From positions 49,941 through 113,940 of IMG/VR virus record IMGVR_UViG_3300025018_000111: DNA of 64,000 nt. One strand, written 5' to 3'. Below are positions 1-10,700 of this stretch, piece after piece. The stretch is from a virus. The translations under genes were made by a program, and so were the position numbers. The notes beneath the pieces were generated by a model that made no database searches, was not told the origin of the DNA, and saw only the letters and a program-made list of their open reading frames with translations. Each line of letters starts with the position of its first letter. The stretch's first letter is position 1.

Positions 1-240
1 TATGACAGTATTATTCAATTAGATAGAAACGGGAACAAGGTGAGATTCGCTAACGCGAACGAGGTGTCCAAATTGTATCGAGATTTAAAAAGAGATGAAG
101 AAAGCGGTTTGAAAAGTTTGATAAATGATTACAAAAGGAATCGAACCAAACCTATTCAAGTTTCTGGAGATGATGTATTTGAATACAACGGGACAATTTC
201 AAACGATACTATAAGATCAATATACGGAGGTTCAGATTGA
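1..240 (+). CDS. 5'-truncated virion (head-tail adaptor-like) protein
   Basis: Frame 1 is open from position 1 (YDSIIQLDRNGNKVRFAN...). It lies just upstream of the neck/tail genes, so the function is positional only. Confidence 0.5.
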   Translation, partial: YDSIIQLDRNGNKVRFANANEVSKLYRDLKRDEESGLKSLINDYKRNRTKPIQVSGDDVFEYNGTISNDTIRSIYGGSD

Positions 241-698
241 GTGCTTTAGTATCCAGTTCATTGAAAACTCGAATCCAAACTAAGATGGACGAATTGTTTG
301 ATACATTCGTTGATCCAGAACAAGGTGGTGAGGAAATTACTGTCAACAAACAACCTAAAAGGATCTCGTCTTTAATTTCATCTAAAAATTATGCTGGATA
401 TGGTCCGTCTTCAAACCTACAGAATTATACATTTCTGCCAGTTTCAGAAACATTTCCCGCTATTGTAACTTATCAGCAAGATCAAAAATTTGAAACCTTA
501 GATGAAGTTGGATTGAAACTAGAAGACGGAGAATGTTTGATCGAGGTGAAATCAGACTGTAGAGACTATATTGAAAATGGAGTATTGACAGAGAATATCG
601 TTATAGATTCTAGGACTTTCAATATTATTTCAGAGGCAGTAGAGGATAAGTTTTTTGGGTCTCTTAGATATATTTACAGGCTCAAGGAGGTTAAGTAA
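237..698 (+). CDS. putative head-closure/neck protein
   Basis: 153 aa, beta-rich C-terminus (IVIDSRTFNII...YIYRLKE), coupled to neighbours; position in morphogenesis module. Confidence 0.45.
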   Translation: MSALVSSSLKTRIQTKMDELFDTFVDPEQGGEEITVNKQPKRISSLISSKNYAGYGPSSNLQNYTFLPVSETFPAIVTYQQDQKFETLDEVGLKLEDGECLIEVKSDCRDYIENGVLTENIVIDSRTFNIISEAVEDKFFGSLRYIYRLKEVK

Positions 699-1327
699 TG
701 AGCAAGGTGACCGTAGGATTAAATGCCGACATATTCAGGAAGAGTATGATGACAACTCTTCCTCAGTTGAGAGCCTTAGGAGCTGCGAATATCCAAAGAA
801 AATTTGATGCAGGAGTAAATGATTCTATCAAAACATTAGATTCCCACTCTGTTACTCAAGAATTGATAGAATCAGCCTCAAATCCTCAAGGAGCAAACTC
901 CAGACTCATAGAGGGGTCCAGCATCTATGCGAACCTTTTTAACGTATTGGGATTTAATCGCAGAGAAGATCCAGTGTCTAGCTTGAGGGAATTTTTAAGA
1001 TTAGAGGCTTTCTATTTTGATAAAACCAAAGTCTCTGCTGCATCATTAGGAAACTCGAAGGTCATATTAGACTATTTTATTTCATTCTCAGATTTAAAAG
1101 ATACGGACAATTATGAGCAATTCTTATTAGAATGGAATGGTAAGTCGTGGTTGAGATTGATAGAGGAGGGAGTGAATAACGTAGAATTTTTCCTCCAAAA
1201 AGATAATTACGGGAGAAGCCAAGGAGGGATTCAACTTCCTCATAAGGTAAACGAAATGGCTAAATTCATTCCTGAGAAATATTACTCTCTAATGATTGAA
1301 GCGTTTTTGAGAAGGTTTAAGTTATGA
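698..1327 (+). CDS. putative neck/tail-completion protein
   Basis: 209 aa; TAATG coupling; synteny only. Confidence 0.4.
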   Translation: MSKVTVGLNADIFRKSMMTTLPQLRALGAANIQRKFDAGVNDSIKTLDSHSVTQELIESASNPQGANSRLIEGSSIYANLFNVLGFNRREDPVSSLREFLRLEAFYFDKTKVSAASLGNSKVILDYFISFSDLKDTDNYEQFLLEWNGKSWLRLIEEGVNNVEFFLQKDNYGRSQGGIQLPHKVNEMAKFIPEKYYSLMIEAFLRRFKL

Positions 1328-2190
1328 TGCAACCGCAATTCAGTAATAAATTAAACAGCAGTCTTTATCTTTTCATAGACCACGAGTTATTGAACAGTGG
1401 AGAAGCATATTCCACGATATCTTCTCTATTCTATGATCAAACAAGTTCTCAAGATAGAAACTTTGGACTTTTCACTTATTCTTCTCCATACCAAGGATTT
1501 GTTTACGACTCAAGCATCACTGGAGCCTCTGTTCCAACAGGATTGTATGTAGGAGGCGTTTTCACGCCCATAGGGGGCGGAGGACTAGAGGCAATCAACT
1601 ATGAACGTGGAGAGTGTTATTTCTCATCGGCTCCGGCGGGAGAAGTTAGCGGGGATTTCTCTACTAAAGATTTTAATCTTGAATTGACATCTCTTCCTGA
1701 AATGACCTTATTGTTTGAGACCAAATACGAAATAACCCCAAGAACAACTCAAACACTATCTTACAATGATCCAGATTCTAGGACGATGCCTATTATTTTC
1801 ATTAAACCTAGAAAAAGCTATAATGAAGAAGTGGCTATGGGAGGATTTGAGGAAAGTATGGATGTTTATAGGCTTTTCGTTTTTACAGACAATCAATTCC
1901 ATTTAGATGCAACTTGTTCGATTTTGAGAGACAGTGTAAGGAAGCATTTCGGTCACTTTGAATTATCAGAAATGCCTTTCAATAGCTTAGGAGGACTAAA
2001 CGATAACTCTTTCAACTACGACTCAGTTGTTGCGACAAAAAATGGGCAGGATATAAGCAGAATTGAAAAAGTAGAGGTGATCCACAATTCTCAAGAATTG
2101 TTTAGGAGAAATTCGGATAAAATCAATTACCAAATTTTCACAGCGATAGTTGATCTAACTGTTTCATCGTTCAGACACCCACGTTTATAA
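1324..2190 (+). CDS. putative tail terminator-like protein
   Basis: 288 aa; C-terminal PIIFI...MGG...YRLFVFTD...LDATCSILRD pattern resembles tail terminators; directly before a tube paralog. Confidence 0.45.
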   Translation: MMQPQFSNKLNSSLYLFIDHELLNSGEAYSTISSLFYDQTSSQDRNFGLFTYSSPYQGFVYDSSITGASVPTGLYVGGVFTPIGGGGLEAINYERGECYFSSAPAGEVSGDFSTKDFNLELTSLPEMTLLFETKYEITPRTTQTLSYNDPDSRTMPIIFIKPRKSYNEEVAMGGFEESMDVYRLFVFTDNQFHLDATCSILRDSVRKHFGHFELSEMPFNSLGGLNDNSFNYDSVVATKNGQDISRIEKVEVIHNSQELFRRNSDKINYQIFTAIVDLTVSSFRHPRL

Positions 2191-2191
2191 A

Positions 2192-3841
2192 ATGAGAAGG
2201 AGAATCCATTATCCAAATGATAGCGTTTACATTGGTCCAAGTCCTGCCAGTGGATATCATTTTAGTGTTAATGGGACAGGTGTTTCTACAGAAGATTTAG
2301 CCACGGTCCAGTCTGAGCTAAACAATTCGTCCTTAGATAAATCTGATATTACTAATCTTGTATCGCAAGTCTTTGGAGTACAATCTTATTATTATCAGAT
2401 CAGAGAGAATGTTATTCCGGTCGGTGGATATGGAACAATGGGTCCACTTGGATATTTAAAAGCGGCTCCATCTCAGATTGAGTTCGGATTTGATTATATA
2501 ATAAACAGCTTCCAAAATGAATATAACTTCGGGTTCAAATGTTCTGGAGAGAACAATATCTTGTCAAGCCTGATAGATTATTCCGAAGATTCTCACAACT
2601 TTTTTATCAAAACAGTAAAAGAAGGATATGACTCTATAGATTATACCGATAATGAAGATACATCTATCATATCTTTCAGTAATTGTCAGATAAACTCGTA
2701 TTCATTTGCCTATAATGTTAATTCCCTTCCCGTTGCTAGAGCATCATTCGTTTCGGACAATATACAAGTAAACATTGACTCCTTGACTGGGATACAATCC
2801 CCATATATCGATAAAACCACTAATCAAAAATCTGATTATTACTTTTCTATTCCAACGGGGAGAAGTTTTCCAGATGAAACTGGGAACGATAAAGTATCTG
2901 TTCTGAGGAATGGGGATGTATCTATAGATGTTTATGAAAAATTATACCAAGGAAGGAGAATAGGTCTTTTAAATATAAACGACACCCCATCTTTTCTTGG
3001 TCAAAAAATCCAAAGTGCGACAATCCAATCTTTCGACTGTAATCTCAATATTTTCAGAGACGAAACTCCTGCTTTAGGATCTAAGATACTCAAGAGCAGA
3101 TCAATTGTTAGTCCATTATATGCCGAATTATCCGTTTCGGCAATATGTAATGATTACAATACAGGATCTTTCATAGATTCATTAGAGGAAAATCGTGTTT
3201 ACAAAATAGACCTATCTGTTAAGAAGCCGTCCTGTTATCCAGAGTCTAGGGAAGATTTCGTAAGATACTATTTCAATGATTGTTATTTGCAGGAAAAGTC
3301 TTATTCTCTCGGTATCGGATCTAACAAAACCGTAGATTATAAATTCGTCGCTCCCATTTACTCCGAAGATAATGATAATTACGGGATGAAGATTAGCGGG
3401 TATTATAATCCTACTAAACAAACACTATCTTCAACGGGAATTCAAGAAGAAATTCAAAATACTTCTTTTACAGGGTTGGCGTCAGACGATTTCGAGACTT
3501 ATTCACTTGGATATTTTAGTACGGGAGATGTTTATTCCTCCTTGAATGACGGACAAGGGTTTTATAGAGGCTGGAATATTTACAAGCATTTGTCGGGAGA
3601 ACAAGTTTGGTTTGATGCGTCTGAATACGACGTTCAAGAAATTGCCGCTGAAACAATCTCTATATCAAGAGGATATGATACAAGTTTAACATTTTTACCA
3701 TCTCAATTTGGGATGCAAGGGAACGAGACTTTCTCTAGTTACTCTCCTTTCAGTGGATACGGGGTGACTGGAAATCTTGTCGCAGGAACATTGTGGACAG
3801 GGACTTGGGGATTTTTAGATACTCCTAGCGGGAGTTATTGA
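2192..3841 (+). CDS. tail tube protein paralog with C-terminal extension
   Basis: Collinear similarity to 6060..7259 (RRIHYPNDSVYIGPSP vs RRFFQGDNLYVGPTP; SLGIGSNKTVDYKF vs SMGIGDNQTVNMQF). Confidence 0.65.
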   Translation: MRRRIHYPNDSVYIGPSPASGYHFSVNGTGVSTEDLATVQSELNNSSLDKSDITNLVSQVFGVQSYYYQIRENVIPVGGYGTMGPLGYLKAAPSQIEFGFDYIINSFQNEYNFGFKCSGENNILSSLIDYSEDSHNFFIKTVKEGYDSIDYTDNEDTSIISFSNCQINSYSFAYNVNSLPVARASFVSDNIQVNIDSLTGIQSPYIDKTTNQKSDYYFSIPTGRSFPDETGNDKVSVLRNGDVSIDVYEKLYQGRRIGLLNINDTPSFLGQKIQSATIQSFDCNLNIFRDETPALGSKILKSRSIVSPLYAELSVSAICNDYNTGSFIDSLEENRVYKIDLSVKKPSCYPESREDFVRYYFNDCYLQEKSYSLGIGSNKTVDYKFVAPIYSEDNDNYGMKISGYYNPTKQTLSSTGIQEEIQNTSFTGLASDDFETYSLGYFSTGDVYSSLNDGQGFYRGWNIYKHLSGEQVWFDASEYDVQEIAAETISISRGYDTSLTFLPSQFGMQGNETFSSYSPFSGYGVTGNLVAGTLWTGTWGFLDTPSGSY

Positions 3842-3843
3842 TC

Positions 3844-4545
3844 ATGAGCGTATCTATACAAGAAATAATAATCGGTTCAGAATCTGACTGGAGTTTATGT
3901 TTAGAGAACTCTTCCGCAGTCATAGGAATGCCCCTAGAAGATACGTCGTGGACTAAGATGAGGATAGGAATGTCTTTATCTATATATAGTCCATCTCATG
4001 CCACGATAAGTTCATCTCCAAAATTAGCGGTTGGTCTTGGAAACAACATGGAAATGAGTATGTACGGAGCAGATACGGTTCAAAACTGGATAGGACTTGT
4101 TTGCACTCCAGTCTCATTCGTGTGGAACGCTACTTATAATCATTACGATGCTTCTTCGACTAATGGTAATTTAAAAAAGGTGGTGAACTCTGTAGAATCT
4201 AGCGCAAGCAGTATATTAAACAACTGGGACATTGGATCTACTACCAATCCAGCAGATGCAAATGACATAAGGACGGGGATATTTATAGATATAGAAAAAT
4301 CTGGAACTACATACACTTTCAGAGTTTTTACTAAAACGTCTTCAGTGAGCACCGATCTTTCTAATTCCGACTTTAATGACCTGATGGAATTTCCATATCA
4401 GTTATGCGTTAAATCTGGATATTCTTATTATACTGCCAGAAGTACTACTCTGGACGAAAGTGTATATCCATTAAATAGTTTGTCTATATATTGGAATAAA
4501 CAGGAAACCTTAGCCATTCATAGATTGGCGTATTCGTTTTTGTAA
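3844..4545 (+). CDS. virion protein, paralog 1 of tandem triplet
   Basis: Shares W..(M/I)RIG, (IF/LF).(D/E/Q)I.K...Y.FR.F and C-terminal (D/N)E...W.K...Y with the next two ORFs; ATG 3844 preferred. Confidence 0.6.
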   Translation: MSVSIQEIIIGSESDWSLCLENSSAVIGMPLEDTSWTKMRIGMSLSIYSPSHATISSSPKLAVGLGNNMEMSMYGADTVQNWIGLVCTPVSFVWNATYNHYDASSTNGNLKKVVNSVESSASSILNNWDIGSTTNPADANDIRTGIFIDIEKSGTTYTFRVFTKTSSVSTDLSNSDFNDLMEFPYQLCVKSGYSYYTARSTTLDESVYPLNSLSIYWNKQETLAIHRLAYSFL

Positions 4546-4549
4546 CATC

Positions 4550-5236
4550 ATGGAAATCGAACAACGATCAATTGTATCCCCTAGTGTCTCTGACATTGTA
4601 ATGAGCTTGGACAATGAGCAAGCTACTAGAGAGATGGATATTGATACGAATTGGAATACCATCAGAATAGGAGCAAGAGTCCACATTTATTATAAGTTTG
4701 GATCTAATTTAAATATTCTTCATGATCCCAAATTTTTCATGGGAGTAAGTTCTAGTTCGGGAGTTTGGGATAATAGCGCACATTTTGTAGGATTATCTTA
4801 TATTGCAGCAGATTTGCCATATGACTCTGGTTCAAATTCTTACAAAGACAAAACATCTGGAAGCGAAATGTATTTTAATGTTGTAGAATCTGGGCAGCAA
4901 GTATCTAGCGAAACAGCAGGTCAGGGATATTATTTTGGAGCCGGTCTAGAAAAAAGATTAGGATTGTTCCTTGAGATACAAAAAAATTTGCCATATGATT
5001 TTAGATTTTTTCGAGCATCATCTGGATCTGCTACTGATATTTCGGATTCAGAATTCAATTCAGTTATGGAGGCGGAATTTGAGTCGGCATCATTGTCTAA
5101 TTATAGTTACGGGGATTCCAGATCCTACAATGTAAATGAAGCGACGCATGGAGATTTAGATCATTTGTGCTTTGCTTGGAATAAAAGTTTTATGAGCGTT
5201 GAATTTTCCAAAATAGCATATTACAAAATAGATTGA
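4550..5236 (+). CDS. virion protein, paralog 2 of tandem triplet
   Basis: WNTIRIG, HFVGL, LFLEIQK..YDFRFFR, VNEATHGDLD...WNKS. Confidence 0.6.
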   Translation: MEIEQRSIVSPSVSDIVMSLDNEQATREMDIDTNWNTIRIGARVHIYYKFGSNLNILHDPKFFMGVSSSSGVWDNSAHFVGLSYIAADLPYDSGSNSYKDKTSGSEMYFNVVESGQQVSSETAGQGYYFGAGLEKRLGLFLEIQKNLPYDFRFFRASSGSATDISDSEFNSVMEAEFESASLSNYSYGDSRSYNVNEATHGDLDHLCFAWNKSFMSVEFSKIAYYKID

Positions 5237-5238
5237 TC

Positions 5239-5288
5239 ATCGGTTGCCCGATATCAATGACGAGGTTTCCTTTCACAAAAAAAATATG
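5239..5288 (+). repeat. IS200/IS605-end-like palindromic repeat, copy 1
   Basis: cggttgcccgatatcaatgacgaggtttcctttcacaaaaaaaatATG resembles the copies at 52306 and 53748. Confidence 0.6.
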
Positions 5289-6011
5289 ACAAAAGAGATC
5301 GTACAAAGAACCATACTGTCTGTGGATACTAAACTATTGTCTATAGCTTCTGGAGCCATTTCTATACCAATAGAGGGGGAGTGGAATAGTATAACGTTGG
5401 GGATATTGGGAGGATTATACTCTGATTCTCCTCAAAATTTAGCTTATGTTGGATCTTTATTTAAAATGGGATTATTTGATTCTGAGGATAGTATAAATTC
5501 CGACAATTCGTTATCGTCCCATTTTGTAGGCATGGAATTAGAAGGAGCTATTGATTACGATGCAACATACGATTATTACAAAAATTCAGCATCTGGTTCG
5601 CAAGAAATGAAAATGAGGATTCTCCAAAGCGGATCATCTGTTTACTATCAAGATTTTGGGTTGGGCAACTATTTTGGATCTATCCCAAACAAAAAATTAG
5701 CTCTTTTCTTGCAGATTAAAAAAGGTGCCAGCTTCTACAGTTTTAGATTCTTCAGATCCAATCTTTCTTCAACTCCATCCACTAATTTTGAGGATTTTTT
5801 AATAAATATGCAGGCTAACTTCCCAGTTAGTATATCGGGCGGGATGTATGATACTCCTTTGAACGATTCTTATGGATACTCCTATGGAGATTCACTAGGA
5901 AGCGCAGTAGACGAAAGTACTTACGGAGCATTAAATACTTTCGGAGTTCTTTGGGCCAAAAGCGAGCCGAGACTAGAAATAGAAAAAATGTCTTACTGCA
6001 TTATTGATTAA
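5286..6011 (+). CDS. virion protein, paralog 3 of tandem triplet
   Basis: ATG 5286 (MTKEIVQRTI) aligns with paralog 2 start (MEIEQRSI); HFVGM, LFLQIKK..YSFRFFR, VDESTYGALN...WAKS. Confidence 0.6.
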   Translation: MTKEIVQRTILSVDTKLLSIASGAISIPIEGEWNSITLGILGGLYSDSPQNLAYVGSLFKMGLFDSEDSINSDNSLSSHFVGMELEGAIDYDATYDYYKNSASGSQEMKMRILQSGSSVYYQDFGLGNYFGSIPNKKLALFLQIKKGASFYSFRFFRSNLSSTPSTNFEDFLINMQANFPVSISGGMYDTPLNDSYGYSYGDSLGSAVDESTYGALNTFGVLWAKSEPRLEIEKMSYCIID

Positions 6012-6012
6012 T

Positions 6013-6020
6013 AGTGTATT
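6013..6020 (+). promoter_or_regulatory. AGTGTATT candidate phage promoter motif
   Basis: Intergenic, upstream of the major tail gene; recurs upstream of several genes. Confidence 0.55.
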
Positions 6021-6059
6021 AAATTAAGAGAAACCTAATAAAACCTTTCAGAACATATT

Positions 6060-7259
6060 ATGTCAGTAACAAGAAATAGACGATTTTTCCAAGGTGATAA
6101 TTTATACGTCGGACCTACTCCTAGCACCGGCAATTTTTTCACCGATATTGATGGAAACAAAATCAACGATGCTACAGGTAATAACCTGATCGAACAACTT
6201 TACAGGGTCCAAAGCTACAGCTACGACTTTAACAGTCCTAAAGAAATGGTCGGCCAGTTCGGAGAATTGGAAGAAATCGACCAAGTGACACTGACCACGC
6301 CAACGGTCAATTTGAATTTCAATTATCTTCTAGCGAATTTTGAGAATGAAAGACGATTGGGATTCACAATAGATGGATCTACAACATGCGTCAAAAATAT
6401 TCTTGATAAAACTCAAGACGACAAATGCTATTTCATCCGATCAGCTCCACAAGGAATTGATGGAGTAGGTGATACCACGAGTGACAGTACAGTTTCCATC
6501 CTTGGATTTGGGAATGGATATATCACATCTTATTCCACAGAAGGAAGCGTTGGGTCTATGCCGACCGTGAGCGTTTCCGTTGAAGGATTGAACGCTGTTT
6601 TCTCAGAGATGGGAACTAGTGGATATTCCCCTTCTATCAACACTGATTCAGGATTGAGATTGACTGATACGATCTTTAATCTCCCTACCGCAACAACAAA
6701 CGCAACCGGAACTGGGGATACGAGAACTATCAGTGTATTGAGACCTCAAGATATTACGGTCACAATTACTCAGGCGGATTCTCCTTTGAATTCTCTCCCT
6801 ACTGGAGCCAAATCTACTTATTCCACAATGGGGGCAAATCTGGCTACTGCTAGGGTTCAAAGCTACTCTCTTGGATTTGATTTGTCCAGAACGGCAATCG
6901 AAGGTCTCGGATCTCGTTATGCTTTCGATAGAGAAGTTACTTATCCATCCACAGTCACATTTACAATTGATGCGTTGGCCGGAGATTTGAATACAGGATC
7001 TTGGAACGATCTTGTTGAATGCACAAAGGTTTATGATGTTCAGGTTGATTTGAAAGATCCTTCTTGCGATCCTTCTACTCGCGAAGTTGTTGCTCAATAC
7101 AAATTGAAAAACACAAGAATGATCTCCTACTCTTCCTCTATGGGAATCGGAGACAACCAAACTGTTAATATGCAATTCCAATCTAGCTTGGCAGGACATA
7201 AAACAAGCGGTTCTACTACTAGCAAGGGATTATACATGAGCGGGATTGTAGAGGCTTAA
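6060..7259 (+). CDS. major tail tube protein (internally duplicated)
   Basis: 399 aa, S/T/G-rich, upstream of chaperones and tape measure; internal repeat RVQSYSYDF...VGQFG / RVQSYSLGF...IEGLG. Confidence 0.7.
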   Translation: MSVTRNRRFFQGDNLYVGPTPSTGNFFTDIDGNKINDATGNNLIEQLYRVQSYSYDFNSPKEMVGQFGELEEIDQVTLTTPTVNLNFNYLLANFENERRLGFTIDGSTTCVKNILDKTQDDKCYFIRSAPQGIDGVGDTTSDSTVSILGFGNGYITSYSTEGSVGSMPTVSVSVEGLNAVFSEMGTSGYSPSINTDSGLRLTDTIFNLPTATTNATGTGDTRTISVLRPQDITVTITQADSPLNSLPTGAKSTYSTMGANLATARVQSYSLGFDLSRTAIEGLGSRYAFDREVTYPSTVTFTIDALAGDLNTGSWNDLVECTKVYDVQVDLKDPSCDPSTREVVAQYKLKNTRMISYSSSMGIGDNQTVNMQFQSSLAGHKTSGSTTSKGLYMSGIVEA

Positions 7260-7264
7260 TCATT

Positions 7265-7678
7265 ATGGCTACTCAAACAATATACGAGAATAATCCGAGT
7301 ATTCCAATGATCCAAATGGTGACTTGGAATTCTCAGGAACAGAGATATGAAGTATTAGATACTAAAAACCTTGCCGTTGCAAGCGGGGGCGGGGTATCAG
7401 TAGATTCTTCAGACTTCTTTTCCGTAACAACTAGCTCTGCTGGAACCGGATGGGAAACTTTGACCGGAATAAGTTGTGACAGTGTATTGATTGATAATGA
7501 CACTAGTTATCAAATCGAAATCCGCAAGAACACTGGTAATATGGTAGCAAAAACTATCGAACCATCTTCGGTTTTCAGAGTTCAAGCCATCACCAATGCT
7601 AACGAGATTGACGTTAGAAGGGTTGACCAAAGCACGACTCAACTGTCGATGGTTTGGGAATGGGAGAAGTATCAGTAA
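7265..7678 (+). CDS. hypothetical virion-associated protein
   Basis: 137 aa, beta-rich, in tail operon. Confidence 0.5.
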   Translation: MATQTIYENNPSIPMIQMVTWNSQEQRYEVLDTKNLAVASGGGVSVDSSDFFSVTTSSAGTGWETLTGISCDSVLIDNDTSYQIEIRKNTGNMVAKTIEPSSVFRVQAITNANEIDVRRVDQSTTQLSMVWEWEKYQ

Positions 7679-7700
7679 TTTAGGAATATAATAAAGGAAT

Positions 7701-10700
7701 ATGGCATACGATTTCTCGAAAGGTTTAAAAAGGTACGGAAAAATAGGTTCTGTAAATAGAGGCGACGGATTGAGTGGGATCAAAAGTGGTCCCAACTCTC
7801 CGTTCGTTCCTCGTAAAAATCCTCATCTGTTAGCGGAATATTTTGAGTCCGAATCGACAGGTGGAGACAGTTCCAGATTGTTGGATACGTCAAGATTCGG
7901 CACGCGCAGGACGGGGCAGGAGGGCAGGGGGTACCTTTATGACGGGGTAGATGATTACTCGGTTATGGATTCAGAGATTACTCTGAGTGGGGATTTCAGT
8001 ATTTCATGGCATCAAAAAGCGACTTCGTTTGCTGCTCCGTTTCACGTTTTCTACAAAGCAAGTACGGATAGAATTTATTTTAATGGGTCTAACAGCTTTA
8101 GGTTTGTTGCAAATAATTTGCAGTCTATTATTACTATTTCTCCATCATTAGTCGCCGGAACTGATTATCATTTAGTGTTAGTCAGATCGTCTGGGCAGGT
8201 TACGTTATACATCGACGGAGTCGCGCAGGCGGACGTTGAGACAAACGCAAATGATTTTGACATGCTTCAAGTCAGTAGATCTGATACTGATAAATTAAAC
8301 GCCAAGGTTTTCGATATCAGAATTTTCGATTTTGCTCTAACTCAAACCGAGATTGATTTTGTCAGGACGTTCGGCAGATCAGGCACTGACTCTGGATTAC
8401 CAATCCATTGGTGGAAATGCGACGAGCAAGCAGGGGTCATTGGTTACGACTCCGTGGGTGGGAACAACCTGACTCATAACAGCATTACGACAGCGACGTT
8501 CCACTCCACACAAGACATTTACAGTTTTCAGAATCAGGTGGGTTACAATGAAGGAAGGAATTTGGTTCAGAGTTCTTTAACGTTAGGTACAGGATGGGGT
8601 AAACTGAATATAACCATCACGTCAGGCATATCTGACCCAGAAGGTGGGACTAACGCGCATAAAGTTGAAGCGACAAGCACCTCCTCAACCTCGTTCACCC
8701 AAGTAGTCCCATCGCTGGCGAAATTCAGCGGATATTATGTGTATAGCTGTTACATTAAAAAAGGATCAAGCGCGACAGATTTCGGATATTTAAATTTAAG
8801 AATTAATTCAGGCCCGAGAACTGGAAATATAGCAACAGGGGTTATCAACTTTGATACCGGCGTTTTAAATGTGACAGGGAACGCTAACGCTGGCGGTCAA
8901 GCAACTATCGTTGGGGATGGTTGGTATTTGGTCGAAATTTACGACGACACTATTGTAGCTGGCGATGCTGCAAGAATTTACATTGCTACTGGTGGAGGCT
9001 CATCTAACTCAGGGATATTTGCTTATTTTTACGCTCCTCAGCTAGAGGCGGGAACACAAAGAGGTTTAACGCAGCTAACTGGTGTTTATTATATCACCGA
9101 AGACACTATTCTACCCAGCGACGAATCCGACCCAACAAAAGACGTACTCGGAAACCCGTTGACCTACACAGGACGACGACCAAACGACGCGGCTTTGATT
9201 AACTCAAATTGCGTCACGATCAACGGCACTAACCAAATCGTCCTTGTACCTCATTCGTCGGATTTAGATATTTCTGACAATTTAACGGTTAGCGTTTGGG
9301 CGAAAAACAACGACTCAGCTCTCAGTGGGGCTGTTGAGTATTTATTGTCAAGGTATGCAACAACGTCCAGCAAAAGGATTTGGGGGCTAGCCGTGATTAG
9401 TGCAGGAAACTATTTATCGGCGCAGATAGGCAACTCGGCCGGAACTAGTGCTACCACTCAAGTTTCTACCAACGCAGTGGTCCCTGATGCGTGGAATCAC
9501 TATGCTTTTACGTTTTCTGGAGGCGTTGTTAAATTGTACAATAACGGCGCGCTGCTAAGCTCTGCTGGCGCGGGGCACATGGTAACGCTGTATGATACTG
9601 ATGTAGATTTGAGTCTTGGAAGTAGTTTTAGCATTGAACCGGCAACTACAAACAGATGGGACGGCCAAATCTTTGACGCTAGAATTTACGCAGGGGACTC
9701 AACAGTTTTAACCGATGCTCAAATCCTATCAATCTACGAAAATCCGACAGGAAATATAAACTTTGACGGCCAGACATTAGCAGCTCATTACAAACTGGCT
9801 GAGGGGGCGGGAGTGACTTGCTACGACTCCAGCGGTAACGGAAATCACGGGACTATAACTAAAGCGGTTAATAACTGGGGAGTGACTCAGGATCTTGTTC
9901 ATTCAAATTTGCTCAACGGGTTCAGTCTCTACGAACACGCCAGCTCTGATCCTATCCGAGTTCCGTTTGATTCCACAGGCAATCCGATTTCAATTACGCC
10001 GCCAACAGGCTACACATTGACAGGCCATTTCCCATCAGGCTCCTACCACAACAACGCAGAGGCTGAGATTGATTTTAACCCAGACTCAACGCCAGAGATG
10101 ACGAATATTTACACCGAGTCAGTATTCAATGGAACGTCGTCCCATGCGTATGTCACTAACAATTCTGTATTAAACTTCACGGATAATCTCTCCGTCTCTT
10201 GCTGGGCAAAACATGATTCTCAAGATATTTCTACTCAATCTGACACTCTAGTTTCTATGTATGAAAATACCGGAAACCTACAAGTCTGGAGAATGGAAAT
10301 AACAACTGACCAATTATTCAGATTCATGATTGGGAACAGTGCAGGATCTGGAATGACCAACGAAACCGCAGATGTTGCACACCCAATTGATTCTTGGAAT
10401 CATTATTTGGCAACATTCGATGAAGGAGTTGTAAAACTCTATATTAACGGGGAACTTCAATCATCTACAACAAGTTCGGCTCACGCGGCTTCTTTGAATG
10501 GTCGGTCTGGCCCATTAGTATTAGGGGCATTTAATTGGTCCGCTGGAGGAGGAAGCCAGCAAGGATGGGATGGTTCTATTAGGAATATCAGGATCTATAA
10601 GGGTGACTCCTCACCGCTTTCATCCTCTCAAATTAGTCGAGACATGATGGAAACCGAGTCTCAGCCTAGATTTGACGATCAAACTGTTATTGCATCTTAT

